Notes under the pieces: generated by a model | The model's input: only the letters and a program-made list of their open reading frames with translations | Told to the model about the DNA's origin: nothing | The model's database searches: none | Translations under genes and position numbers: made by a program | In this document: in pieces, positions 43,444 to 52,855 of the stretch | Layout: each line of letters opens with the position of its first letter | How positions within the stretch are numbered: the first letter of the stretch is position 1 | From: Bdellovibrionales bacterium | GTDB taxonomy: Bacteria; Bdellovibrionota; Bdellovibrionia; Bdellovibrionales; UBA1609 | DNA: 64,000 nt | Assembly: GCA_965219095.1 (NCBI GenBank) | Contig: OZ244719.1 | Location: 416,001-480,000 of the forward strand | Direction: 5' to 3'

Positions 43444-46400
43444 TTTTTCACTAACCCCATTGAGCAGACTATTCTTGGTTTCTCATCCATTCGCTTTTCT
43501 TCTTTTTTATTTAAGAGAGTTTCATTTTTATCTTTTTCAACTATGTAAGAAATAATCTCACTTTCAGAAACCTTTCTCCTAAACATCCTTTTAAGGGTGT
43601 TTTCGGAATCATTAGATAAAGAATATTTAAAAATATCATCCTGAAGTTGAAGTAGGATATCATCTTTATTTTCTTTTTTTTCTAAAAGCTCAGACACTTT
43701 TCTTCTTGGATTTCTAGTCCCTCCAAGTCTTCCAATCATATCTATAGATTTTATAGATTCTTCTATACTCTTTAAACCATTTCTAACAACTTCGTAATGG
43801 TTTTCTCGTTTTTCAAGTGGCTTTGTCTCTGGCTGGCACTTTGCTGTTTCTAAAATTTTAAATTGGTTTTCTGTAAGAACTTCTCCTTTTTCATTAATCT
43901 GCATTAAGTAGTTTGTAATATGAGATTTAGCAAACAGTAAGACATCGCTAAGGCTTGAGTGCTCTTTTGTAGAATGAATAACATCTGGCATATTCTTAAT
44001 CTTCTCTTCTAAGGCAGGGTCTTTTTTTATTGCCTCTTCCCATACGCTAAGGGCTTGAGAAGGAAGATCAATGTCACTAAAGACCTCTTTTTCTAAAACT
44101 TCCGACTTTTCATTATACAAATCTATTATAATCTTCCTGTCTCCTCCAAAAAAGCTCTCATCTGTACCTATAACCTCTGCATTTTCTTTCAATCTTCTTT
44201 GTACACGAGCTTGTAAGTTAATAATCTTTTCTAGCTCTTGGTCTGGCATAAAAGAATAGCATAAAATCTTATCGGATTTTTGCCCTATTCTATCCACTCT
44301 CCCAACTCTTTGAATAAGTTTAATAATTGCCCATGGAAGATCATAGTTAACCACTACATGGCAGTCTTGGAGATTCTGTCCCTCGCTTAGAATGTCTGTT
44401 GCTATTAAAATATCAATTTCTTCTTCGTTTTCATTTTTGATCCCATAGTCATTACTCTTAGGGCTAAATCTATGAATTGAGTCTTGTATATTGCTCATAC
44501 CTCCGGTAACAAGATTTAATTTTTCTATTCCTCGGTTTTTAAGTTCATTTTCAAGATATTTTGCTGTGTCTTTATATTGAGTGAAGATAAGTGCTTTTTT
44601 TTCTTTACATTCATTTCTTAAAAGACTTTCAAGCTTTTTAAGCTTGAAATCTTTTTTAGGATTCCATTTCTGAGATTTCTTTAACAAATCAATAAGCTTT
44701 TCTGTATCTTGTCTGAGATTTTTTCTTAACTCTTCAGTAAAATAAGAAGATGAGATCCACCTGATGCTTTTACTTCCTTTCCTTTTATATTCATCGTAAG
44801 CTTTTTTCCCTTTTTTGTAAAAATTGTCAAATTCAGTAAAAAAGTATGTCCTTTCATTGTCTTCTTGAGAAAAGCCTGTAATATCACCTTCATTCTCATC
44901 AAAAGCATTTGTGATGATATCACTTCCTGAGTCTTTCACTATAAGATTATCTTTACTGTCAATGGCATAAATAAAGATACAATTTCTTAAAATATGCCTT
45001 TGTATGGCTTGAAGAAAAGAATAGCCACTGCTTTCTAAGGTTTTAAATAGGTTTATACGACAAAACCCTCTTGGTTGGGATCGAGCTTGTTCTAAATCTT
45101 TAAATAATTTCTTTTCTTTATCTGTTAAATTCTTAAGATCAGGCCTTTTGTATTTTGAAAGAGCGTATCTTGGAAGTTCTAGATCATTGATCATATCTAC
45201 AACTTCATCAGAAAAAAATCTCCTATACTGCTTATCAATGGAATATTTAACTGTCTTAGCTATCCTATTGGGGAAATAATTTTTTTTGCCCTTTATTTCA
45301 AGGTAATATCCAGTATCATCTTTATTTCCATAGTATTCTTTTATAAATGTCCTTGTCCTTCTAATAAGAAATAAAGACATAAGTTGTTGCCAATCTTCAG
45401 AGTGAGAAGACTGCTCAAAAGCTTTCAATGAACTAGGGTTACCTTGAAATGAATCCTCTTTTTCTTTTAGAAACTTTTCTGGCCTTATTCCTATATTTTG
45501 ATCAGAATCAAGAAAAAGTCCAAGCTGGCTTGATAGATCAGAATAGGTTTTATTATAAGGAGTTGCTGACAGTAAAACACATTTACTATCATTATTTGCA
45601 ATATAATCCTTTATTATCTTATATCTCTTACCTTGAGGATTTCTTAAATTATGACTCTCATCTATAATAACTAGATGATGTCTTCTTAGCTCCTGTAGAT
45701 CATACATAACTTTACTTATAGACATAATACGCCCTCTTAAACCATATTTATCTCTATAATCTTCCCACATTCTTTCAAGATTCTTTGGGCATAGAATAAG
45801 GGTTTGCCAACCATTTTCTTCTTCTAAAATTTTAGCAATAGCTACCGCTTGAAGAGTTTTTCCAAGTCCCACGACATCTCCAATAAGAACACCGCCTTTA
45901 TTCATTACATGGTGAGTGGCTATACGAATAGCCGCTGACTGAAAAGGAAATAAAATATCTTTTAACTCTTTTGGAATAAAAAAATCACTCAAGCCTTTCC
46001 TTGCATCTTCTGAAAGATGATACGCCATTTTAATATAGATATGATAGGGCATATAAAGAGTTTCTCCGGCCCAACTCTCTTCAATAATTTTTTCTATTTC
46101 TTCTGATATATCTAAAGAAAACTGATCTTGCCATTTATCTTCAAACCACTTGCAAAGATAGTCACAAGAACTCTGATCAAGAACATCTATATTGAGTTCT
46201 CCTTGTTTTTCTAATCCTGAAAGAGTTAAATTACTGCTTCCAAGAAAACCTATTTTCTCTGCAAATTCTTTGTGATTAAAAGTGAGGTATAATTTTGCAT
46301 GAAGTGGATGGCGAGTGAAGCACTTTACAATAACTTTCTTCTCTCTAATTTGCTTAGCCAAAAGTCTTAAACCATTTTCATCTTCATTAGAAGGCACTCC

Positions 46401-46715
46401 CAACATTAACTGCTTTTTAAAATTTTCTACTGCTTGATTCTTTAGTTTTCGAGCTAATTTATTATCTGGCTCTCTTAATTTAGATTCATCTTCTAAAAGC
46501 TCTTTTTTTAGCTGATAATTCGCACTATACATTCCAAGCAAAAGACGGCATTGGTTTTCTTCACCCCCCTTATACTCATTAATTGCTCTAGCAATTTTTT
46601 TCCAGCCTCTAAGGTTAAAGTAGCCTACAGAAATATCTGATCGGTAAGAGCGATTAAGAGCATTCTCTAGGCCAGATAAAAAAGAAACTTCTTTGTTGTC
46701 ATAAATTTTTGACAT
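43440..46715 (-). CDS. PLD-nuclease + SNF2-family helicase
   Basis: HAKLY..GSSNLT (PLD/HKD); DVVGLGKT, IIDESHN, LSATP, SEGQNLQ, QRVGRVDR. Confidence 0.88.
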   Translation of the reverse strand: MSKIYDNKEVSFLSGLENALNRSYRSDISVGYFNLRGWKKIARAINEYKGGEENQCRLLLGMYSANYQLKKELLEDESKLREPDNKLARKLKNQAVENFKKQLMLGVPSNEDENGLRLLAKQIREKKVIVKCFTRHPLHAKLYLTFNHKEFAEKIGFLGSSNLTLSGLEKQGELNIDVLDQSSCDYLCKWFEDKWQDQFSLDISEEIEKIIEESWAGETLYMPYHIYIKMAYHLSEDARKGLSDFFIPKELKDILFPFQSAAIRIATHHVMNKGGVLIGDVVGLGKTLQAVAIAKILEEENGWQTLILCPKNLERMWEDYRDKYGLRGRIMSISKVMYDLQELRRHHLVIIDESHNLRNPQGKRYKIIKDYIANNDSKCVLLSATPYNKTYSDLSSQLGLFLDSDQNIGIRPEKFLKEKEDSFQGNPSSLKAFEQSSHSEDWQQLMSLFLIRRTRTFIKEYYGNKDDTGYYLEIKGKKNYFPNRIAKTVKYSIDKQYRRFFSDEVVDMINDLELPRYALSKYKRPDLKNLTDKEKKLFKDLEQARSQPRGFCRINLFKTLESSGYSFLQAIQRHILRNCIFIYAIDSKDNLIVKDSGSDIITNAFDENEGDITGFSQEDNERTYFFTEFDNFYKKGKKAYDEYKRKGSKSIRWISSSYFTEELRKNLRQDTEKLIDLLKKSQKWNPKKDFKLKKLESLLRNECKEKKALIFTQYKDTAKYLENELKNRGIEKLNLVTGGMSNIQDSIHRFSPKSNDYGIKNENEEEIDILIATDILSEGQNLQDCHVVVNYDLPWAIIKLIQRVGRVDRIGQKSDKILCYSFMPDQELEKIINLQARVQRRLKENAEVIGTDESFFGGDRKIIIDLYNEKSEVLEKEVFSDIDLPSQALSVWEEAIKKDPALEEKIKNMPDVIHSTKEHSSLSDVLLFAKSHITNYLMQINEKGEVLTENQFKILETAKCQPETKPLEKRENHYEVVRNGLKSIEESIKSIDMIGRLGGTRNPRRKVSELLEKKENKDDILLQLQDDIFKYSLSNDSENTLKRMFRRKVSESEIISYIVEKDKNETLLNKKEEKRMDEKPRIVCSMGLVKK

Positions 46716-46717
46716 TT

Positions 46718-49700
46718 TTAAGAGGCCTTTTTAATGAACTTATCTTTTTGATAAGCATTAAGGGCAGATTCCTTTAATTTTTCTAATCTTTCTCTATTTT
46801 TTCCTGTCTTAAAGGTACTTAAAATGTATTCAAATTCTTTAAGGCTAAATCCATAAGTGTAGGTGACCATAGCATCAATTTCTCCCTGGAGTTTTAAACG
46901 CTCGTTTTTATCTTTTACCCCGCCTCTTTTTACTCTTATCTCATCTGCTAGATCATCAAACTTTTTTCCTATGCAGGTTAAAAGAGCTGATCGTTTTACA
47001 ATTTCTTTAAAGTAAGGGTCCTTTTCAGTAAGTCTGGGAATTCTTAAAGGGGTAATGTACTTCTTGTTTATATTAGAAGAGACTTTTTGCCTAATAAAGT
47101 AGTCCACAATAAAGCTATTGAAAAAAGCTTGTAGAAAAAGCATATAGTGATTGTTTTTCTTGGGATTTTCTGAATTTATATACACTCCATAAAGACTATT
47201 TGAGATAAAGTGATTTTTTGGAATCACCGCTGAAATAAGACTTCTTTCATTGGTATTGCTTGCTATCGTTCGAATGACAAGACGATGGTTTTCATAGCAT
47301 TTGTTTTTGAAAGCAAAGCCTGTTCTATTTTGCACTTTATGATCGTTTCTATCAATATAGCGATTGGCTTTTGAAAGATCAAAATTATATTGAAATTGAT
47401 GAATAACACTTCCTTTGTAAAGAGGAAGGTAACTTGAGAATAATTTTTTATCTTTGAATAAATCAGCATCATTTTTTTCATCAAATTCTCTGTAAAGCTC
47501 TACATTCCAAGAGTTTTTTAAATTTTCTCCTAGCATTGGAAAGCTAAGTATTTTTTTTAAAAGGTTTCTATCCCTTAAGTTTTTGAATTCAATGATTTGA
47601 CAATCACGAGGAGAAAGTTCTTTTATTTCCTTTATAGACTGCTTCATTGAATTCTCATTGGGGAATGAATTTAAAATTCTAAGACTTCTTGTATGAAAAT
47701 GGCAAGGAAACTTATCTTGAGGCTTTTCATTTTTTAAATTCAAAATAAGAAATTTAAACCTTGAATCAACTCCCTCAAATATTTTTCCCTTTCTGCCTTC
47801 CATTTTATTTTGAAAATCAATGAGACTTTCTATTTTAAGATTATCAAAAATAAAACATCTTAAAGCTATGGCTCCGTCATCTTTTGAAAGACCGCTAGGA
47901 AGCACGGCTCCGATAACCCCATTTTTATTTAAAAGATTAAAGCACCTTTCTGTAAATAAAAGATAGGTGTTCATATCTGAACTTGCATTCTTTTCTGTAC
48001 CGTCTGATTCGATAATTTTTCCCGTCTGCTTTTCATAAAATGAAGAAAAATAATTTCTTTGAAATTGGTAGAATTCTTCTGTTTTTAAGTAATCAGTTGC
48101 TATTTTGCCTTTGTTTAACAGTTCCTCTCTTTTTTCCTCAAACTCTTTCTTATCATTTTTTTTCTTTTTTATAGATTTATCATACCTAGAAAAAAACTCT
48201 CTATCTTCAGTTTTAACCTTATCCCAAGGAGGGTTTGTTACAATAACATCAAAACCTCCTCTATCTATAATATCATTAAAAGCAATGTCCCAATGAAAGG
48301 GATTTAAATTTTTAGAATCATCTTCACTTTCAAAATCTTTTGGAAATACACTTCGTTTCTTTATTGTTTTCTTTTTGCCTTTAATTTCTGTGATTTCAGG
48401 ATATCTCAAGCCCTTTTCATTGCATTTATTAGCAAGAGTACGGCTTAGGTTAGAATTATTTTCTTCTAAAAATTTATGTATTTTTTCTTTTAGTTCTTTC
48501 AATTTATCAAAAGACAAGGGTTTCTTTTTATAGTTATTAACTAGCTTATTGTATTCATCTTTAATTTGAGGGTAAGATTTGTCTAAAAGAGATAGTTGCC
48601 CTTTATTAGGTTCTTTTAAAAAGCCTATGAGAGAGTTTCCATGCATAATATTAAAGTCCATATTAGGAAGAGGTTCTAACTCTTCCATGGTTAAAGCTGA
48701 GCTTACAAGGGATAAGAAAAGCCTCAGTTTACAAACTTCTGTGGCTTCTTTCATAATGTCAACACCGTATAGGTTTTTAAGTATAATGTTCTTTTTTATA
48801 CCGTAAGGTATGCTTTTATGGTCATTTCTAAAATTTTCATACCAATTTTTTAAATCTCTGTTATTTGATGTTTCTATTTTTCCAATAACAGGTGAGTATA
48901 TGTTAAGTAGCTCTTTCATAGCAGAAACTAGAAAGGCTCCAGAACCTACAGCTGGATCTAAAATTGTTAGCGTATTTAAAATGCTATCTTCGTTTGTAAG
49001 TAAAACCTTACAAAGATTTGTGTCGAGATTTAGATTCATATCACTGATAGTCTTAAATGAGTGACCTTTTTTGCTTAGCTTATCTAGAATGCATTTTTCA
49101 ATGGTATTTCTACTAAGATATGAAGTAATCTCATCTTTAGTGTAGTAGGCACCCATACTTTTTTGCTGAATTTCAGTAATGTATTTTTCAAAAATATAGC
49201 CTAAAACATCTGGACTGATTTCTTTTCCCTCACCCTTACTATCTTCAATATGCCACTCGTATTTAGAAAATATATCAAATGTTTTTTCAAAAGCTTTGTC
49301 TTTTATTTTTATATCAGGATACTTATTTTCTATAAGATGTGGGGTAAAAAGTCCACCGTTTAGGTACTTGATTTCACCGAGCATTTTTTTTGCTTCTTTA
49401 CTTCTTTCTTTTAGTTTTTTTGCAAACCCCTCAAAAAATAAAAGCTTTAGAAAATTGGAATAGTAGATATCTTTTTTTGTTTTTTTTAGTTCCTCTAGCT
49501 TATCGTTCAAGTAGTTATAGTTATTATCTACAAACCCTTTTTTTTGTAAAAACCAAATAAACATTAGCCTATTAAGGACAACGGAAGAGTACCAGTTTTT
49601 ATCTTCTTTCTTATCAATTCCAGAGATATATTTTTGGAAATCGAAATGGTTGTTCTTGAAGTCTTCATAAAACTTCTTAGTAACTTTTTCTGTATCAAAA

Positions 49701-50158
49701 GCTTTTTCTAGCTTTTCTCCTATTTCAGATATTTTTGGCTCATCTTCAATGTTAAAATGTATATTTGCAATTTTACTTATAAAGAAATCCCCGTTTTGAT
49801 TTTTATAGAAGTCATGAACTCTAACTTTATTATTTTTTGAAAGATAAGACCATGAGCAATAGGTTTTATTATCAGAAAAGATGAGAATATGTTTGTTATG
49901 AATTTTCTTTATTTCTTTATGAACTTTTTCCCTATTTAAATCAAAATTTTTAAGATTTTCTTCTCTAAATTGTAATACTTTTGCTCCGCCAATCTCTGCT
50001 AGGGGAGAGTATTCTATTTTTTTAGAACTATCTATACGGATTGACCGATTCTTTTTATCTTCTGAGCAATTCCAACCCAGACCCTCCGTGAACAATTCTC
50101 GTAGCTTAAAATCTCCAAGACATTCTCGTAGCTTCTTAGCATTGATAGGCGATGACAT
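46718..50158 (-). CDS. Eco57I/type IIG-like N6-adenine DNA methyltransferase with TRD
   Basis: YLNGGLF, GAYYT, LDPAVGSGAF (motif I), FDVIVTNPPW (motif IV), C-terminal TRD-like region. Confidence 0.88.
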   Translation of the reverse strand: MSSPINAKKLRECLGDFKLRELFTEGLGWNCSEDKKNRSIRIDSSKKIEYSPLAEIGGAKVLQFREENLKNFDLNREKVHKEIKKIHNKHILIFSDNKTYCSWSYLSKNNKVRVHDFYKNQNGDFFISKIANIHFNIEDEPKISEIGEKLEKAFDTEKVTKKFYEDFKNNHFDFQKYISGIDKKEDKNWYSSVVLNRLMFIWFLQKKGFVDNNYNYLNDKLEELKKTKKDIYYSNFLKLLFFEGFAKKLKERSKEAKKMLGEIKYLNGGLFTPHLIENKYPDIKIKDKAFEKTFDIFSKYEWHIEDSKGEGKEISPDVLGYIFEKYITEIQQKSMGAYYTKDEITSYLSRNTIEKCILDKLSKKGHSFKTISDMNLNLDTNLCKVLLTNEDSILNTLTILDPAVGSGAFLVSAMKELLNIYSPVIGKIETSNNRDLKNWYENFRNDHKSIPYGIKKNIILKNLYGVDIMKEATEVCKLRLFLSLVSSALTMEELEPLPNMDFNIMHGNSLIGFLKEPNKGQLSLLDKSYPQIKDEYNKLVNNYKKKPLSFDKLKELKEKIHKFLEENNSNLSRTLANKCNEKGLRYPEITEIKGKKKTIKKRSVFPKDFESEDDSKNLNPFHWDIAFNDIIDRGGFDVIVTNPPWDKVKTEDREFFSRYDKSIKKKKNDKKEFEEKREELLNKGKIATDYLKTEEFYQFQRNYFSSFYEKQTGKIIESDGTEKNASSDMNTYLLFTERCFNLLNKNGVIGAVLPSGLSKDDGAIALRCFIFDNLKIESLIDFQNKMEGRKGKIFEGVDSRFKFLILNLKNEKPQDKFPCHFHTRSLRILNSFPNENSMKQSIKEIKELSPRDCQIIEFKNLRDRNLLKKILSFPMLGENLKNSWNVELYREFDEKNDADLFKDKKLFSSYLPLYKGSVIHQFQYNFDLSKANRYIDRNDHKVQNRTGFAFKNKCYENHRLVIRTIASNTNERSLISAVIPKNHFISNSLYGVYINSENPKKNNHYMLFLQAFFNSFIVDYFIRQKVSSNINKKYITPLRIPRLTEKDPYFKEIVKRSALLTCIGKKFDDLADEIRVKRGGVKDKNERLKLQGEIDAMVTYTYGFSLKEFEYILSTFKTGKNRERLEKLKESALNAYQKDKFIKKAS

Positions 50159-50362
50159 AAAATTTCTCCTTTTTAATCTAAGTTTCTTAAAAAACTCGTG
50201 TTTTATGCAGTTGTATCGGTTGATTTATTTGACTAGCTTTAGGGAATTAAAGGGTTTCTGGACAAAAGTTTCTAATTTTGACTGAAAATGTCAACTTTGC
50301 TAAGACTTAAAATTAATGCTTTTGTCTTGATTCTGGTGGGTTTTGTTGAAATTGCTCTAACT

Positions 50363-50481
50363 GTAACTCGGTTTTTAAACCACCCCTAACTTATACTGAC
50401 TACATTTCTTTCAAAAAACCCTTTAAAATCTAAGAAAAATCCCACTCGTAGGAGTCAAGGGCGGTCAGATAACCGACTTAT
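50363..50481. mobile_element. MITE-like remnant with IS66-type GTAA ends
   Basis: GTAACTCGGTT...AACCGACTTAT; its right part resembles ~14965-15016. Confidence 0.5.
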
Positions 50482-50668
50482 TACAGAATTTGGAAGAGAT
50501 AGATGAGGTCTCCATCTCAGAGGGAAGAAGCTTGTTTCGCAGAGAGTAAAAAAAGCAAAATGGAAAAAAAGTTTTTTTCATATTTACTTCCAATTTCTAT
50601 AAAAAGCCTTGAAAGGCTGGCTAGTAAATGGTAAAGGTGTAGTTGGTTTAACTTAAGGCGGGCACAGA

Positions 50669-51691
50669 GTGGCAAGAAGTCATCGAATTAATCTGATTAA
50701 AAAAATTCAGAAAAAAAGGAACTCAAAAGTGTTTTGTTACCTTACTTCTGATCGTCCAAATGCAAGTTCTGTTTTTGCCAAAGACACTTTCCCTATTTTT
50801 AGTGAACACTTAAAGGAAAATGAATATGATAGCATTGATGTGTTTCTCTTTACACTTGGTGGTGACACTTTGGCAGCTTTTGGCTTAAACAAATTATTGA
50901 GAGAATATACTACAAATTTAAACGTCCTTGTTCCTGATAAGTGCCACAGTGCTGGAACTTTATTTGCTTTAGGCTGTAATCAAGTATTGATGACAAAAAC
51001 CTCTTCTCTTGGCCCAATTGATCCAAGCATTCATAGACCTCTAAATCCAGCGGTAAGAATCAATAATCAAGTTCAACAGCTTCCTTTAAGTGTTGAAAGC
51101 GTTGCTGGCTTTAAAGGATTGGTAAAAGATGAATGGGGCATAAAAAAACAGACGGAATTATCCGCACTTTTAAAACTTCTTTCAGAAAAAGTCCATCCCC
51201 TTGCTTTAGGTGATGTTTATAGAGCTAGACAACAAATAGAGCTTCTTGCAATAAATTTATTAAAACTGCACAGACAAGACTCTAATAAAATTCACGATAT
51301 TGTTCAAAAATTAACCAAAGAACTGGGTTCACATGATTACCTTATTTTTCGCAAAGAAGCAACAGAGCTTTTAGGACATCAAGTCGTAGATGATCTGGAT
51401 TTGGAACGTCTAATAAGAGAACTCCACAAGGATTTTGCTAAAGATCTAGAACTGGGAAAACCATTTAGGCCAAATCTTATACTTTCTTCTTCCGGAGACT
51501 CTGGCAATAAAAGTACTCGAACAGCCACAGTTGAATTAAAACGAGTCGCTATAGAAAGTGAAGAACGAGGAGATCACTTTATTGAAAGAAAAACTCTTAC
51601 TGAAGTCAAACTTCAACCACGACCTAACACTGTCCCTATAATGGGTGTACAGCAGGAAGATCAATTTAGCGGATGGGAAACTTATGATTGA
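50669..51691 (+). CDS. SDH_sah / ClpP-crotonase-like serine protease
   Basis: LFTLGGD, VPDKCHSAGTLFALG, SLGPIDP, SHDYLI. Confidence 0.8.
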   Translation: MARSHRINLIKKIQKKRNSKVFCYLTSDRPNASSVFAKDTFPIFSEHLKENEYDSIDVFLFTLGGDTLAAFGLNKLLREYTTNLNVLVPDKCHSAGTLFALGCNQVLMTKTSSLGPIDPSIHRPLNPAVRINNQVQQLPLSVESVAGFKGLVKDEWGIKKQTELSALLKLLSEKVHPLALGDVYRARQQIELLAINLLKLHRQDSNKIHDIVQKLTKELGSHDYLIFRKEATELLGHQVVDDLDLERLIRELHKDFAKDLELGKPFRPNLILSSSGDSGNKSTRTATVELKRVAIESEERGDHFIERKTLTEVKLQPRPNTVPIMGVQQEDQFSGWETYD

Positions 51692-51716
51692 CACAGCATT
51701 GTATTCATGCTACTCT
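51688..51716 (+). promoter_or_regulatory. Sigma70-like promoter for 51755-51952
   Basis: TTGACA-17 bp-TACTCT with a TG extension. Confidence 0.4.
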
Positions 51717-51754
51717 TAAATAGGTTATAGTGGAGTAATGGAGGTATAAGAGTT

Positions 51755-51952
51755 ATGAATGATGTAAAAATAAGTTACCGCTTCAATGAGTCCCATAGCG
51801 GGGAAAATTTTTGGATACCTTCGGATAGTTCAAAAAAAATAAGTATATTTAATGAATTAGAGATTATCAGTTATTTAGAAAATGTTGAAATAGATACTCA
51901 AATTTCCCTTGAAGAAAACACAGAAAGCTTTCCAGAATTATCTAAAGGGTAG
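51755..51952 (+). CDS. Small acidic hypothetical protein
   Basis: 65 aa, GGAGG upstream. Confidence 0.4.
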   Translation: MNDVKISYRFNESHSGENFWIPSDSSKKISIFNELEIISYLENVEIDTQISLEENTESFPELSKG

Positions 51953-52285
51953 AGCCGAATTCACTCTTTGGTAAGTTATCCATAGCTCTTTTCATAAAGA
52001 GATGGAGTCCAAAGACTTTGGTGTTGACACTATAGGATAAACATGTCCTTAGGAGTTCGTTAGTTAATAAATGCTTGCGAACTAACGTATTCTTTTGAAC
52101 TCTTTTCATCAAATTATTTTTATTTCCTCAATTTCATGTGTGATCTATAGGTGATCAATAATTAAAATGTGGGTACTATCGAGAAGTTTCAGGAAAATCA
52201 AGGTGCTTACAGTAATGGATAAGTTATTTATATTTATTTATTTTTTACTGATTCCAACAACATAGCAGATCTCTTTTAGCCGATT

Positions 52286-52705
52286 ATAGGAATTCTTGCA
52301 GCAGTTGCCATTCCTGCATTCGATGGGTTTAGAAAAAAAGCACGAAGCGGTGAAGCTAAAACTAACTTAGGCGCTCTTTATACAGCAGAAAAAGCTTTTA
52401 GTTATGAGCACTCAGGCTACTGTGCTAGTCTTGGAACAATAGGTTTTGAAGAACCCCAAGGAACACGCCACTACGCTATTGGCTTTCATTCTACAGGTAA
52501 CAAAGCTAACTCAGCAGTTACAAATTGTACTGTTACAGGAGAAAATTATGACTCTAATGGTGGAGGTACCCCTATTACTGCTATAACGGGTACATCATGT
52601 AAAGTAGACCCTGTAGACAAATTTATAGCTTGTGCTGAAGGAGAAATGGCTTCAACAAATTCCAACTGGAAAATTGATGATGAGAAAGTAATAGGTCAGC
52701 TATAA
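52286..52705 (+). CDS. pilA: Leaderless type IVa pilin 3' cassette 3 (not in ORF track)
   Basis: Hand translation IGILAAVAIPAFDGFRKKARSGEAKTNLGALYTAEKAFSYEHSGYC...FIACAEGEMASTNSNWKIDDEKVIGQL*; in-frame TAG at 52277-52279 and no standard start codon before the core. Confidence 0.88.
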   Translation: MGILAAVAIPAFDGFRKKARSGEAKTNLGALYTAEKAFSYEHSGYCASLGTIGFEEPQGTRHYAIGFHSTGNKANSAVTNCTVTGENYDSNGGGTPITAITGTSCKVDPVDKFIACAEGEMASTNSNWKIDDEKVIGQL

Positions 52706-52724
52706 AATACTTAAACTCCACTTT

Positions 52725-52759
52725 AAAACCCCTCTCTTAAAGAGGGGTTTTTCTTTTTT
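52725..52759 (+). terminator. Rho-independent terminator after cassette 3
   Basis: AAAACCCCTCT..AGAGGGGTTTT hairpin plus T-run. Confidence 0.8.
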
Positions 52760-52855
52760 CCTCACAAAATCCAAGCTAAAAAAACCCACTCATTTTGCTT
52801 TTTGAAGTGATTTTAGGAGTGATTTTTAACTCCTATTTTTCCAGCTTGCTAGTAT

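Larger units (their letters stand above)
33479..52283. mobile_element. Pilin-targeting integrative element 2 (~18.8 kb), RM-like cargo
   Basis: Core-to-core unit; backbone ~34008-40591 near-identical to ~8588-13761 apart from an IS630 insertion. Confidence 0.75.

Noticed and set aside
43440..50158. Complete DISARM or BREX system
   Set aside because: No adjacent DrmA/DrmB/DrmC or PglZ/BrxC genes; the DUF1998 helicase belongs to the separate Druantia-like operon
52261..52340. Integron attC-type cassettes or tRNA attachment site
   Set aside because: No attC-like palindromes or tRNA cloverleaf seen; the integrases resemble phage/ICE types, each with an adjacent Xis-like gene
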